The translations under genes and the position numbers were made by a program. The notes beneath the pieces are model-generated. The model ran no database searches and had not been told where the DNA came from. It worked only from the letters and a program-made list of their open reading frames with translations. Below are positions 8,869-18,783 of a DNA stretch of 64,000 bases, piece by piece. The DNA is from a virus: IMG/VR virus record IMGVR_UViG_3300036820_000005, positions 32,001-96,000 of that record; one strand, given 5' to 3'. Position 1 is the first letter of the stretch. Every line of letters begins with the position of its first letter.

Positions 8869-9344
8869 CCGCCGGCCAGCTGGACCTGTTCGCCGACCTG
8901 CTCGACGAGGAGACGGGCGACGTGGTGAGGACACCAGCCGCCGCGCACCAGCTGTTCATCGGCTGGTCGGACAACCCGGCCCCGGCCCCCGCGTTCCACC
9001 TGCTCTACCACGCCTCATGCAAGACGTGCCGGGGCTGGTCGAGCGGCGGCCACGACCGGGAGAACGGCGCCGTCGAAGCCGCCATGGACCACGCCTGGCC
9101 CGGCTGGCGGACCTTGCCCGTCGTCGCCCGCAAACCCCACGAGAACGGGCAGCAGTGGCTCGCCAAGGTGGCCGCCGTCTACCCGCCCGGCTGGGTGGCT
9201 GCTGGCGGGCCGGTCCGGACGACCCGCCCGGAGTGGGGCACCCGCCACTACTGGGACGGCTCCATCTGGGACATCGGCGTCCCGGTAACCGGCCCTCACC
9301 CTGCACCTAACCGCACCGACACACAAGGAGAAACTGATGCCTGA
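8865..9344 (+). CDS. Hypothetical protein (DUF6349-like), N-terminal QLDLF
   Basis: ENGAVEAAMDHAWPGWRTLPVV motif (recalled family). Confidence 0.6.
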   Translation: MTAGQLDLFADLLDEETGDVVRTPAAAHQLFIGWSDNPAPAPAFHLLYHASCKTCRGWSSGGHDRENGAVEAAMDHAWPGWRTLPVVARKPHENGQQWLAKVAAVYPPGWVAAGGPVRTTRPEWGTRHYWDGSIWDIGVPVTGPHPAPNRTDTQGETDA

Positions 9345-10839
9345 CACCCTGACCGTCGAATACGTAGACCCGGCCACCGTCCTGCTCGGCGGGAACATCC
9401 GCCGAGACCCGCGGCTCGACGCCGACTTCGTCGCGTCGGTCCGCCGTAGCGGGGTCCGGACGCCATGCCCGGCGGTGCGGACCGCCGATGGGCAGGTCAT
9501 GCTCGAGTTCGGCTCCCGCCGCCTCGCCGCCGCTGCCCTGATCGTCGACGGCATCCCCGCCGGTGACGACCGCCGCCTTGTGCTGCCGGTGTTCGTCACC
9601 GGCGACGAGAACACCACCCGCGACGGGCAGGTCACGCGGCTGTGCGACCAGTTCGACGAGAACGAGCACCGCGCCGGCCTGACCGCCCAGGACAAGGCCG
9701 CGTTCGTGCAGGCCCTCCTGGACTTCAAGGTCCCGCAGGCCGAGATCCGGAAGCGGACCGGGCTGGACAAGGCGGCTCTTGCCAGCGCCGTGATGGTGGC
9801 CGCGTCGCCCCGGCTGATGGCCGGCCCGCCGCTGCCCGACATGGTGATGGCCGCGCGGATCGCCGAGTTCGAGACCACAGGCGATGAGGAGGCCGTGACC
9901 GCGCTGCATGCCGAGGTGGCTTCCGGGCCGGGCGCGTTCCAGCACGCCGCCCAGCTGTTCACCGACACCCAGGCCGAACGGTTCGGGAAACGAGACCTGA
10001 TAGCGAAGCTGGCCGCCGCCGGGGTCTTCCTGCTCGCCGAGAACGACGACGGTGTGGTGGTGACACCGGCTGGGACGCAAATCACCTGGCGGCAGCACAT
10101 CAACCAGCTCACCGACGCCGCCGGGAAGAACCTGACCGAGAAGAACCACGCCAAGTGCCCCGGCCACGCCGCCTACCTGCGCCGCGGCTGGCAGGGCGGC
10201 GGCCGCGTCTGGGATGCGGTCTACGTCTGCGCCGACCCGGAAGTCCACGGCCACCTCGAACGCAACGCCAGCAGCAGCAGCAAGAAGGACCCGAGCCCGG
10301 ACGCGCAGGAGCAGGCCGCTAAGCAGCGCCGGATCGTGATCGACTGCAACAAGAAGTGGCGGTCCGCCCGTACCGTCCGCCAGAACTGGCTGAGGAACGA
10401 GCTGCTGCCCCGCAAGGCCGCCCCCGACGACGCGCTGCCAGTGATCTTCGGCGCGATCAGCGGCTCCTGGTTTGACTCCTGGGACCGGTCCCTGTCCGAG
10501 GCGATCAGCGGCGGCCACGGCCTGGCCTGCGAACTGCTCGGCGTCAAGGTGGAGGCTAGCGCGGGGGAGGCTGTCGCGGCCGCGCTTCGGGCCGCGTCCC
10601 CGGCCCGCCAGCAGGTCATCGCGCTCGGCCTCGTCCTGGCCGCCTGGGAGGCCCGCCTCACCGACGACACCTGGCGGTCGTACGTCGACGAGCTCGACGG
10701 GCACGGGTACTACCGGGACAAGACCTCGATTGCGGGGCACTACCTGCTGCTCTTGGAGGCGTGGGGATACGCCCTGTCTGACATTGAGAAGCTGCCCGCC
10801 GACGCGACCCGCGCCGCCCTGGCCGCCGCGAAGGGCTGA
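9337..10839 (+). CDS. ParB/RepB/Spo0J-family protein
   Basis: NIRRD..FVASVRRSGVRTP..GSRRLAAA..ENEHRAGLT plus HTH. Confidence 0.8.
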   Translation: MPDTLTVEYVDPATVLLGGNIRRDPRLDADFVASVRRSGVRTPCPAVRTADGQVMLEFGSRRLAAAALIVDGIPAGDDRRLVLPVFVTGDENTTRDGQVTRLCDQFDENEHRAGLTAQDKAAFVQALLDFKVPQAEIRKRTGLDKAALASAVMVAASPRLMAGPPLPDMVMAARIAEFETTGDEEAVTALHAEVASGPGAFQHAAQLFTDTQAERFGKRDLIAKLAAAGVFLLAENDDGVVVTPAGTQITWRQHINQLTDAAGKNLTEKNHAKCPGHAAYLRRGWQGGGRVWDAVYVCADPEVHGHLERNASSSSKKDPSPDAQEQAAKQRRIVIDCNKKWRSARTVRQNWLRNELLPRKAAPDDALPVIFGAISGSWFDSWDRSLSEAISGGHGLACELLGVKVEASAGEAVAAALRAASPARQQVIALGLVLAAWEARLTDDTWRSYVDELDGHGYYRDKTSIAGHYLLLLEAWGYALSDIEKLPADATRAALAAAKG

Positions 10840-10842
10840 CCG

Positions 10843-11355
10843 GTGACCGAACAGCAGACCGACCCCGCGGCCGCCACTGTCGCCAAGGTCAAGCAGGACC
10901 ACCAGCAGCACGTCTGCACGAACCACCCTCAGCCCGGTATCTGCGTCTCACGCTGCCCCGCCGACCGATGGCCCTGCGCGCCGTACCGGGCCGCGCTGGC
11001 CGTCGAGGCCGCCCTCGCCCAGCACCGCCGGTCGCTGACCCCGGCCTACGGTATGGGTTCGGGCGACGGCCACGGCAAGCACTACTGCGCTGGCCTGTGC
11101 CACGTCAGCATCAACCACGACACCGTCTGGGAGCCGTGGCCGTGCTTCCCGTACCTGGAGATCCTCGCCGCCCTGACCGGAACGACCGTAGTCGACCTGA
11201 CGGTCCGCCAGCTGGCCAACCATGACGTCGGCTGCGGGATCTGCCAGGACCTCAAGTCTCGGCCTGCCGGCCTGACCCGGTGCGGGTACAAGGCCGACCT
11301 GGCCGCCCGGTGGCGCCGCGCCCTGCGCGAGGCAGGAAGGACCCCCGATGCCTGA
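10843..11355 (+). CDS. Hypothetical protein with two C..WPC motifs
   Basis: RWPCAPY and PWPCFPY. Confidence 0.65.
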   Translation: MTEQQTDPAAATVAKVKQDHQQHVCTNHPQPGICVSRCPADRWPCAPYRAALAVEAALAQHRRSLTPAYGMGSGDGHGKHYCAGLCHVSINHDTVWEPWPCFPYLEILAALTGTTVVDLTVRQLANHDVGCGICQDLKSRPAGLTRCGYKADLAARWRRALREAGRTPDA

Positions 11356-11743
11356 CCCCCGGGCCAACCCCAACGGCCACCCGTGCCCGCCCTGGTGCGT
11401 CGTCGACCATGAGACCGACGCCGGCGGCGGTCACCGGTACATCTTCCACGGCAACCAGACCGCCCGGATCGAGGTGCCCGGGAAGCCGGGGCGCATGGAT
11501 GACAGTATCCACGTCCGCGCCATCCACGGCGGCTACGCGGACGACCAGCCGCAGGTCGACATGGGCGCCGACCGGTCCGGCGTGGACGGCCGGAGCCCGC
11601 ACGCCTGGATCGCCCCGCGCGACGCAGGGGACCTGGCCGTCATCATCGACATGCTGGCGAAGGCCTCGCCCGCGCAGCACCGCGAGCTCGCCGCCGCGAT
11701 CCGCAAGGCCGCCGCCGACATCACGGAGGCCCAGAATGCCTGA
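11348..11743 (+). CDS. Hypothetical protein (CPxWC..H, DUF6907-like)
   Basis: CPPWCVVDH motif; SD AAGGA. Confidence 0.6.
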   Translation: MPDPRANPNGHPCPPWCVVDHETDAGGGHRYIFHGNQTARIEVPGKPGRMDDSIHVRAIHGGYADDQPQVDMGADRSGVDGRSPHAWIAPRDAGDLAVIIDMLAKASPAQHRELAAAIRKAAADITEAQNA

Positions 11744-12035
11744 CCCCCGGCGCACCACGAAGCAGGAACTGGAGCAGGCCCAGGCCGACGCGATCCGGGC
11801 CGCCCTCACCGCACGACCCGGCCTGACCGCCTACCAGCTCGGCTGGTACGTGCCCACCGACCTGCCAGCACCAGACGAGCAGGTCCCCGCCGGCCCGGCC
11901 GACCGGCCCGCGCCGATGGTGCTCACCCTGCGCCTCCTCGGCCAGCTCGAGCAGGCCGGCAAGGCCCGCTCCGAACCCGACCCGGCAGGCGCCCGCTGGT
12001 ACTGGTCCTCACCAGCCCGCCGAGGGGACTCCTAA
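11736..12035 (+). CDS. Hypothetical protein, possible winged helix
   Basis: SD GGAGG; PGLTAYQL..LRLLGQLEQAGKARS..RWY. Confidence 0.55.
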   Translation: MPDPRRTTKQELEQAQADAIRAALTARPGLTAYQLGWYVPTDLPAPDEQVPAGPADRPAPMVLTLRLLGQLEQAGKARSEPDPAGARWYWSSPARRGDS

Positions 12036-12037
12036 CG

Positions 12038-12304
12038 GTGGCGACCGTAGCTGACCTGACCCCCGGCGGGCTGGTAACCGGCTCCGACATCAACGGACCT
12101 ATCCGTGCCGTGTTCGTTGCCCGCATCACCCACCCTGAGTACCCGGGGCTGATGCTGGTCATCTGGCGCCTCGACGACGTGCCCGGCGGAACCTGGTCGT
12201 TCGACGCCCTGCGCCCTGGCCAAGACATCGGCGAGCTAGCGCGATCCACCAGCCGGGACCGCGCAGACCGGCTCAGCGCCGTACTCCTGGACACGCCATG
12301 GTGA
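12038..12304 (+). CDS. Hypothetical protein
   Basis: SD GAGGGG; ORF tiling. Confidence 0.65.
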   Translation: MATVADLTPGGLVTGSDINGPIRAVFVARITHPEYPGLMLVIWRLDDVPGGTWSFDALRPGQDIGELARSTSRDRADRLSAVLLDTPW

Positions 12305-12528
12305 CCACACCGGCCGATGACACCCACGAATGCCCGAAGAACGGCTGCGTCCGCCGCGTCCCTGCCCACCAGCTGATGTGCCCTGCCGACTGGCGGTCCG
12401 TCCCTGCAGACCTCCAGTCGGCCGTGTGGAGGACCTGGCGCGGCGGCCGCGGCAAGGGCACCCGCGCGCACCTGGCCGCGATGGAAGCCGCGATCGACGC
12501 GGTCAACGGCCAGGAAACCCTGTTCTGA
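12298..12528 (+). CDS. Small zinc-binding protein
   Basis: HECPKNGC..LMC..DW..VP..LQ. Confidence 0.65.
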   Translation: MVTTPADDTHECPKNGCVRRVPAHQLMCPADWRSVPADLQSAVWRTWRGGRGKGTRAHLAAMEAAIDAVNGQETLF

Positions 12529-12586
12529 TCCCCCGCCTCAGACCCGAGAAGAGAGCTGACCCCATGACCAGATTGGACCCCGCCCG

Positions 12587-13408
12587 ATGAGCCCGATCCG
12601 CCCGGAGAACCGGGACCGCTACCCGCAGGACTGGCCGCAGATCAGCCTCGCGGTGAAGGAACGCGCCGGGTGGCGGTGCGAGTGCCGGGGCGAATGCGGC
12701 CGCGGCACGCACGCCGGCCGCTGCCCGAACCGTCACGGTGGCCTGGCCTACGGCACCGCTACGACCGTCGTCGTCCTGACGACGGCACACCTCGACCACA
12801 CACCGGAGAACTGCGACCAAGACAACCTGCGGGCGATGTGCCAGGGCTGTCACCTCCACTACGACCGCGACCACCACGCCCGCACGGCTGCCCGGACCCG
12901 CGCCCAGGCGGCCACAGCCGGCATGGACCCGCTACCCGACCTGACCCCCTGCAAGGAGCCCCTGACCGTGGCGACCTCGACTGACCTGCCCGACCCCGAA
13001 CCGCCGCTGTACGACGAGGAGCACGGCCTGGCCGAGATGGCCGCCGTCCGCTCCAACCCCGAAGACGAGACGACCCGGCACCTCCTCGCCCTAGCGGGCC
13101 AGCTGGCCCGCCATATGGCCCGCCACTTCGAGCCCGGACAGCTGGAGGCCGCAGGCCGCGCCCTCCTGATCGGCGCAGCGTCCTGCGCTGACCTGGCGAA
13201 CGACGGCGTATCACCCGTCCTGCTGGTCAACCTGCTCGGCTACACCGCCGAACGGATGGTGACCAGCGCCCGCACCTGGCAAGACGACCAACCCGACGTG
13301 CCCGACACACCCGAGTTTGACCCCGGCCCAGAGTGCGACGACCAAGGCGGCGCGACAGAACGCCCCTACCTCAACGCCGCCGACGAACCCGACTGGACCA
13401 CCCCCTAA
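12587..13408 (+). CDS. HNH endonuclease with C-terminal extension
   Basis: PIRPENRDRYP..RAGWRCEC..VLTTAHLDHTPENC..NLRAMCQGCH. Confidence 0.8.
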   Translation: MSPIRPENRDRYPQDWPQISLAVKERAGWRCECRGECGRGTHAGRCPNRHGGLAYGTATTVVVLTTAHLDHTPENCDQDNLRAMCQGCHLHYDRDHHARTAARTRAQAATAGMDPLPDLTPCKEPLTVATSTDLPDPEPPLYDEEHGLAEMAAVRSNPEDETTRHLLALAGQLARHMARHFEPGQLEAAGRALLIGAASCADLANDGVSPVLLVNLLGYTAERMVTSARTWQDDQPDVPDTPEFDPGPECDDQGGATERPYLNAADEPDWTTP

Positions 13409-13430
13409 CCCGCCCCCGCTTGCCCCCAAG

Positions 13431-13459
13431 TTCTACGTAGCCCAGAATGGGTCTCTACA
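13431..13459 (+). promoter_or_regulatory. YTCTACR direct-repeat pair (22-bp period) upstream of the TerS-like gene
   Basis: TTCTACG at 13431 and CTCTACA at 13453. Confidence 0.55.
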
Positions 13460-13509
13460 CACCACGAACGGAGACCCACCATGACACCCGCCACCAGGAC
13501 CACCCGGCC

Positions 13510-14154
13510 ATGACAGGCGAGACGAGCGGGGCGGCGCCGGACCCGAAGCACTGCGGCGGCAAGAAGAAGCAGAGCGAGGGCACCTGTACCCGGCCAGCGG
13601 GGTGGGGGACGCAGCATCAGGGTGTCGGGCGGTGCAAGCTGCATGGCGGGAACACCCCGTCGCACGTGGCGGCGGCCGAGCAGGTGATGGCCGAGCAGGC
13701 GGCGGCCCGGTTCGGGCTGGACATGACGGAGATCTCGGGCGGGCAGGCGCTGCTGAGGGAGGTGCGGCGGTCGGCGTCGATGGTGGACTGGCTGGCGTTG
13801 CAGGTGGCTGGGCTGGCCCCGGACGACATGATCTGGGGGCTGGCGGGGCGGCGGGTTACCCCGCCTGCGGCGGCTGGCGGGACTCCTCAGGTGGTGGTGG
13901 AGCAGCGGTCCCGGATCCACCCGTGGGTGCAGATGCTCGAGCGGGAACGGCTGGTGCTGGCCAAGGTGGCTGCTGAGGCGCACCGGTGCGGGATCGAGGA
14001 GCGGCTAATGCGGCAGGTGGAGCTCGACGGGGCGCTGATCGCGAAGGTGATCGCCGCGGTGCTGAACGACCCGGAGCTGGAGATGAGGCCGGAGCAGCGG
14101 GCCAGGTTCGGGACGGTCGTGCCGCGGCACCTGCGGGCGGTCGACGCGGCCTGA
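13510..14154 (+). CDS. HGGxSTG-domain protein, probable terminase small subunit
   Basis: CGGKKK..CTRPAGWGTQHQGVGRCKLHGG..; HPWV..LERER helical C-terminus. Confidence 0.65.
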   Translation: MTGETSGAAPDPKHCGGKKKQSEGTCTRPAGWGTQHQGVGRCKLHGGNTPSHVAAAEQVMAEQAAARFGLDMTEISGGQALLREVRRSASMVDWLALQVAGLAPDDMIWGLAGRRVTPPAAAGGTPQVVVEQRSRIHPWVQMLERERLVLAKVAAEAHRCGIEERLMRQVELDGALIAKVIAAVLNDPELEMRPEQRARFGTVVPRHLRAVDAA

Positions 14155-14238
14155 CCTGCGGAAATCAAGGCGTCTTTGTGTGCCATTCTCCTTGTTCGTT
14201 CTACACACGTCGGATAGTATTTCTACATAGTCAAAAAA
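14151..14238 (+). promoter_or_regulatory. Repeated promoter module, copy P3
   Basis: CTGACCTGCGGAAA; TTGTTC(14192)-N17-TAGTAT(14215); TTCTAC at 14199 and 14221. Confidence 0.8.
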
Positions 14239-14263
14239 GTGAGTGAGCGAAAAGGAGAGGCAC

Positions 14264-14677
14264 ATGGACGCGTCCTTCGGCCAGGTGGAGGGGCCGCAGA
14301 TCAACTGGGCCGCGCGCGGCTACGCAGAAAGCGACCCCGACCAGCAGAAGTGCCCGGCGATGGATGACGAACTGCACCCGGACGACAGGCACCCCGCGGA
14401 CTGCGCGGCTAGCAGCCCCGGCGACGACTACGCCACGAAAATCACGGTCGAGTGGACCGAGACGTTCAAGGTGACCGCCATGGTCAACCTCGACCAGGCC
14501 CGCGAGGTGTTCGGCCTCGGCGGCACCCCCGACCGCGAGGTCGAGGAGAAGGTCAGGGCGCTGCTGGCCTGGAACGCCTACGCGGCGATCCGCTGCCTTG
14601 CCCGGTTCGGCAACAGCGCCGCGGCGAACGGCCACCAGCTCCTCGCGATGAACGGTGTCCCGCGCGGCGACTGGTAA
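14264..14677 (+). CDS. Hypothetical protein (paralog of 65..370)
   Basis: SD AAGGAGAGG. Confidence 0.75.
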   Translation: MDASFGQVEGPQINWAARGYAESDPDQQKCPAMDDELHPDDRHPADCAASSPGDDYATKITVEWTETFKVTAMVNLDQAREVFGLGGTPDREVEEKVRALLAWNAYAAIRCLARFGNSAAANGHQLLAMNGVPRGDW

Positions 14678-14684
14678 CCCCACT

Positions 14685-14727
14685 GCCCGGCTGGCAGCCA
14701 CCCCTGTTCGAGGCGGGGGCGGGCACG
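14685..14727 (+). ncRNA. tRNA-like mini-element, copy 3
   Basis: GCCCG..CCCCTG-TTCGAGG-CGGGGG-CGGGC-ACG. Confidence 0.75.
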
Positions 14728-14740
14728 AAGGAGGTAGCTC

Positions 14741-14938
14741 ATGGAGAGCACGAATACCGGTACCCGGCCAGGCCCGACGCCGACTGGGGACCTGTCCCCG
14801 GCGGCGACGGATGTACGGGACGCCCTCGAGAAGTTCGCCCGAATGTACCCACAGCTGAGCGGCCCGCGCCTGGTGCTGATGCTGGCCCAGTGCTACTGCC
14901 CGGCCCGGCTGAAGCGGCGCCACAGGAACGCCCGGTGA
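14741..14938 (+). CDS. Small hypothetical protein
   Basis: SD AAGGAGGT. Confidence 0.65.
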   Translation: MESTNTGTRPGPTPTGDLSPAATDVRDALEKFARMYPQLSGPRLVLMLAQCYCPARLKRRHRNAR

Positions 14939-15625
14939 CCCGGCTGCCGGGCCTGTCGGCCTACGACCAGTCAGACGACGCGACCCCGCAGGCGCGGCGG
15001 GCCCGGGCGGCGGTGGCGGCCGACAACCGCGAACCGTCGACCAGGCGTGGGGCGATCGGCGGCGGCGGCTGCTGGTGCGGTGAGCCCAACGACCACGACT
15101 GGCCCGGAAAGGCCGACGGTGCCGCGCACCCGCAGCCGGACAGGAGAGCAGGTTGACACCCGTCGATGTGCTGCCCGCCCCGTCCGTGACCGAATGCTGC
15201 GGGGCCCCGCTGTGCGGGATCCGCTGCACCGGATGCGGGCACCGGATGCCCGTGGGCGGCGCCCCGGTCCCGCCGACGCGGGCACTGCCGCCGTGGCGGT
15301 GGCCGGGGGAACTGCTCGGCCGGTGGGTCGCCCGGAGGCTGGGCCGGTGAACTGGGCTGGAGGGTTCCTGGCCGGGTGGCTCGCGTCTTACCTGCCGACC
15401 TTGGCCGCCGTCGTGGCCCTGGCCCTGGCAGGGGTGCTGAAGGTTGAGCTGAAACGGCCTACCCAGTCCGGATCGCGTAACCGGGCCACGCGGCCGCCGG
15501 CGTCCGGCCCGCCGATGACGTCGCTGCCCCCAGCTGGCGGCCTGCCTGCCGGCTCTGGCAAGCCCGCCGTGACGGTAACTGCCGCGTCGAAGCCGTCACA
15601 GGCCGGGGATGCGGGTGCGCCGTGA
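14935..15625 (+). CDS. Three small coupled hypothetical ORFs (14935-15156, 15153-15350, 15347-15625 with a TM segment)
   Basis: 4-nt stop/start overlaps. Confidence 0.45.
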
Positions 15626-15794
15626 ACGCTGCCCCCACTGCGGCGCGGCCCTGCCGCCGCCCAAGACCTGCCCAGAGTGCGGGCGGACCTTCTACCGCTC
15701 CGAAGGCGGCCGGAAAGACGCCCTGTACTGCACGCGGCGCTGCGGGACCAGAGCCCGGATGCGCCGCTGGCGGAAACGCCGCACCCGCAAGTAA
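15609..15794 (+). CDS. Small basic zinc-finger protein (CGNR-like)
   Basis: CPHCG, CPECG..F, YCTRRC..R.RR. Confidence 0.6.
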   Translation: MRVRRERCPHCGAALPPPKTCPECGRTFYRSEGGRKDALYCTRRCGTRARMRRWRKRRTRK

Positions 15795-15839
15795 CGGCAA
15801 CCGGCGGCCCGAAGCCGTCACGGAAGGAAGGACCAGCGA

Positions 15840-16193
15840 GTGAGCGAAAGCGAGATGGAGCCCGACGACACCGGGCGAGCACCCGCCGTGGTGGTGTACC
15901 GGGCCACGATCCTGGACGGCCCGGTCCTGTCGTGGTTCGTGAACCTCGGCGCCGCCCAGAACGGCCGCGAGGTGATCTCCGCGTCCCGGAACGGCGTCAT
16001 GATCCACGGCGACGTGTACCTGCACACGATCCGCCGCGACTGGCTCACCACAGCGGAGGAAGCCCACGCGGCCCTCTGCCTCGGCCAGGACGTCGGCCAC
16101 CTGGCCACCCACGTGCACCGCAAGGTCATCATCGGCGGCCGCCCGTACCTGACCGTCGAACCGGTCGACGACGGCCGGACGGTGGCCCTGTGA
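15840..16193 (+). CDS. Hypothetical protein
   Basis: SD AAGGA; protein-like composition. Confidence 0.6.
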   Translation: MSESEMEPDDTGRAPAVVVYRATILDGPVLSWFVNLGAAQNGREVISASRNGVMIHGDVYLHTIRRDWLTTAEEAHAALCLGQDVGHLATHVHRKVIIGGRPYLTVEPVDDGRTVAL

Positions 16194-16614
16194 GCCGCTG
16201 GCTGGACTGGAAGCACTGGCTGCTCTGCGCCTCCTCCAGGACCTACCGGGAGTTCGCCACCTGGGACAAAGCCGAGGTGACGCTCCAGCAGACCGCCCAG
16301 CTGCACGACATCACCCGGGCGCAGGCGTTCGCGCTGATCTGGGCGAACGCCTGGCCGCCGATGCGGATCTGGCTCGCGAAGTACCGGGACCCGAGGAAGG
16401 CAGCCGTATGAGCGAGCAGCCCGCGGCCATGGTGGTGCACCGTAAAGGCCGCTGCCCCTGCGGCGACTGCGCGGAGGCCCGCACGGTCACGATCAGCCCG
16501 CTCGGCACCGTCAGCCTCGGCCAGGCCGTCACCGGCCACGACCGGCTGATCAAGAAGCTGCAGCGCCGCAACTCCCGCGGCAAGGCCAGGCGCAGGGGAG
16601 GCCGGCGTGGCTGA
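16190..16614 (+). CDS. Two small hypothetical ORFs (16190-16411, 16408-16614)
   Basis: Coupled stop/start overlaps. Confidence 0.55.
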
Positions 16615-17056
16615 CGTGACCTACAGGACCGACTGCTGCGGCGCCCCAGTCGGAGCCTTGCACCGTCTCAGGTGCAAGTGGAGGTCGGGGGAGTGGCGGG
16701 ACACCAAGCCGGGCGCGGCCGCCTGCGAGCACTGCGGCGCACGGTTCCGGTTCACGTCCCTGGGCCTGCTCCGGCACCCGCTGCCGTGGTGCCCCGCAGC
16801 ACAGGCAGACGCCCAGAAGCCCGCCGCCAAGGCCAGGCCCCGGCCTGGCTGGACCCGTCCCGGGAACCTGATCGCCGCAGCCGCCCTGCTGGTCAGCGCC
16901 GCCGGAATGCTCGCAACTGGATGGCAGCTGGCCACCGGGTCGACCACCGAACCGGCCTGGCTGGCCCGGACCGTCAGCGGCGCAGCGGTCCTCGCGGGCC
17001 TGATCCTCGCCGCAGCGATCGTCACGTTGCACCAGGAGCGCCGCAATGACTGCTGA
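16607..17056 (+). CDS. Membrane protein (N-terminal Cys cluster plus 2 TM helices)
   Basis: Two hydrophobic segments. Confidence 0.6.
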   Translation: MADVTYRTDCCGAPVGALHRLRCKWRSGEWRDTKPGAAACEHCGARFRFTSLGLLRHPLPWCPAAQADAQKPAAKARPRPGWTRPGNLIAAAALLVSAAGMLATGWQLATGSTTEPAWLARTVSGAAVLAGLILAAAIVTLHQERRNDC

Positions 17057-17390
17057 GCATGTCCCCGACCCCGTGATCGCCGACGCGGCCCGACTAGTCC
17101 AGCAGACCGCGGTCGGCCTTTCCCTGATCACGGCCGAACGGCTGCGACAGATCGCCGTCGAGGGCTACACGCCCGAGCACGACGCGGAGCACGGCGGCGG
17201 CGAACTGGCGCTTGCCGCCGCCGCGTACGCACTGGCAGCCTCGTGCAGGCAGAATCAGGGCGCGGTGTGGTGGCCGTGGGACAGCGGCTACAAGCCGGGC
17301 CCGCAACCGCTCGACAGCCTCGTCAAGGCTGGCGCCCTCATCGCTGCCGAGATAGACCGGATCGTCGCGGAGGAGGCCCGCCGTGGCTGA
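17046..17390 (+). CDS. Conserved phage protein (ERxRQ..EGYTPEHD..WPW..LVKAGALI.AEIDR family)
   Basis: Recognisable widespread phage motif set. Confidence 0.8.
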   Translation: MTAEHVPDPVIADAARLVQQTAVGLSLITAERLRQIAVEGYTPEHDAEHGGGELALAAAAYALAASCRQNQGAVWWPWDSGYKPGPQPLDSLVKAGALIAAEIDRIVAEEARRG

Positions 17391-17685
17391 CCCAGCCCCC
17401 GAGGCCTGCCTGACCCGCGACAAGCTGCTGGCCCGGTACGGCGAACTCGAACGGGCCGACGCGGCCACCGTCCTGCGCCTGGTCGGCCAGCCCGCCGAAG
17501 CGGCACCGCACGCCATGGCCTGGCGGTACCCGTCCGTCGAAGCGTTCGAGGCCTACGCGACCGCCAACCGGATCCACTACCGCATCCAGGACCACGGCAT
17601 CACGCAGCACGGCCCCGCCGTCACCGAAGACGGCGTGTTCGGCGTGCTCCTCATCCTGCCGCCCGCGGGGGCCAGCCGTGCCTGA
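17383..17685 (+). CDS. Hypothetical protein
   Basis: GGAGG..GTGGCTGA junction. Confidence 0.6.
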   Translation: MADPAPEACLTRDKLLARYGELERADAATVLRLVGQPAEAAPHAMAWRYPSVEAFEAYATANRIHYRIQDHGITQHGPAVTEDGVFGVLLILPPAGASRA

Positions 17686-18043
17686 GAATGCAAGCACCCG
17701 GGACGCGCCCGACTGGAACGTCCAGGGCTACTGCCCGATGGGCTGCGGCAAGACGCTGGTCCTGGCTGGCGGCGGCTGCGTCACCTGCATGTCGCTGCGC
17801 TGCCCCCGCCCGGACGCGGTAACCAGCCTGCTAGACGACCCGGAGACCGCCCATATCGTCGTCCTCGGCGACCGGGACTTCACGATCCGCCACCCGCTCC
17901 GCGAACGCCTCGACGACGCCCTCATGGACTGCGCGCTGCACGAGTACATCGCGGGGCTCGACGGTCCGCCGGCCGCGCCTGGCCGGTACCGGGTCACCGG
18001 CCAGCCTGGAAACCTGACATGGACGGAGGCCAGCGATGGCTGA
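17678..18043 (+). CDS. DUF6085-like protein
   Basis: GYCPMGCG..CPRP..FTIRHPLRERL (recalled family). Confidence 0.65.
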   Translation: MPENASTRDAPDWNVQGYCPMGCGKTLVLAGGGCVTCMSLRCPRPDAVTSLLDDPETAHIVVLGDRDFTIRHPLRERLDDALMDCALHEYIAGLDGPPAAPGRYRVTGQPGNLTWTEASDG

Positions 18044-18756
18044 CATGACGATAGACCCGCGCGAAGGCGTCACCCGGGAACAAGCCGGCCATCTCGCCGA
18101 GCAGACGCTCGCGACTTTCGCGCCTGGCGAACTCAGCCTCGGACAGGTGGCCTGGGAGGCGTGGCAGGACTGGCGCGACGCCTACTACAGCGACAACCCC
18201 CGAGGCCGCGAGGCTTGGCAGGACGTCCCGGAGAAGTTCCGCGCGGCATACGACCAGATCGGCGCCGCCGTAGAGGCAGCCGCCCGCGAGCGGGCACTTG
18301 CTGCGCTAGACGCATGCCTGCCCGAAGGCGCCGACCGGCCCCTGACGCCCGAGCTGGTCACCGCCCTGCTGGCCCTTCACGACGTAGCCCGCGAGCTGGG
18401 GACCGCCGAAAGCGGCGTCCTGGGCTACCAGCTGATAGCCCACGAGGACGTGGGCGGGCTCGACGAGGCATCCGGCACCGTCGAGGACCTGCTGCACCCG
18501 CCGACCACCGACGAGGAAGAGGCCCGCCGTGGCTGAGCGGACGATCACCGAGACCGAGCTCGCCGAGGCGCTTGACAGGCTCGGCGGTGAGCCTCCCGTC
18601 GTGCTCTTCGCCGCACCCGAGAAAGTAGCCGCGCTGATCGTCGCCGACGTGGAAGCCCACCGCACCGAGCCCGGCAGTCAGCCGACCGTCTACGACCAGG
18701 CCCGCGCGGAGGTCCGCCAGATGTGGAACACCGCGTTCGGCCACGACCCATACTGA
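18036..18756 (+). CDS. Two hypothetical ORFs (18036-18536, 18529-18756)
   Basis: 8-nt overlaps with SD. Confidence 0.6.
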
Positions 18757-18783
18757 ACCCCGACCCCGTTGAAGGAGACCCTG

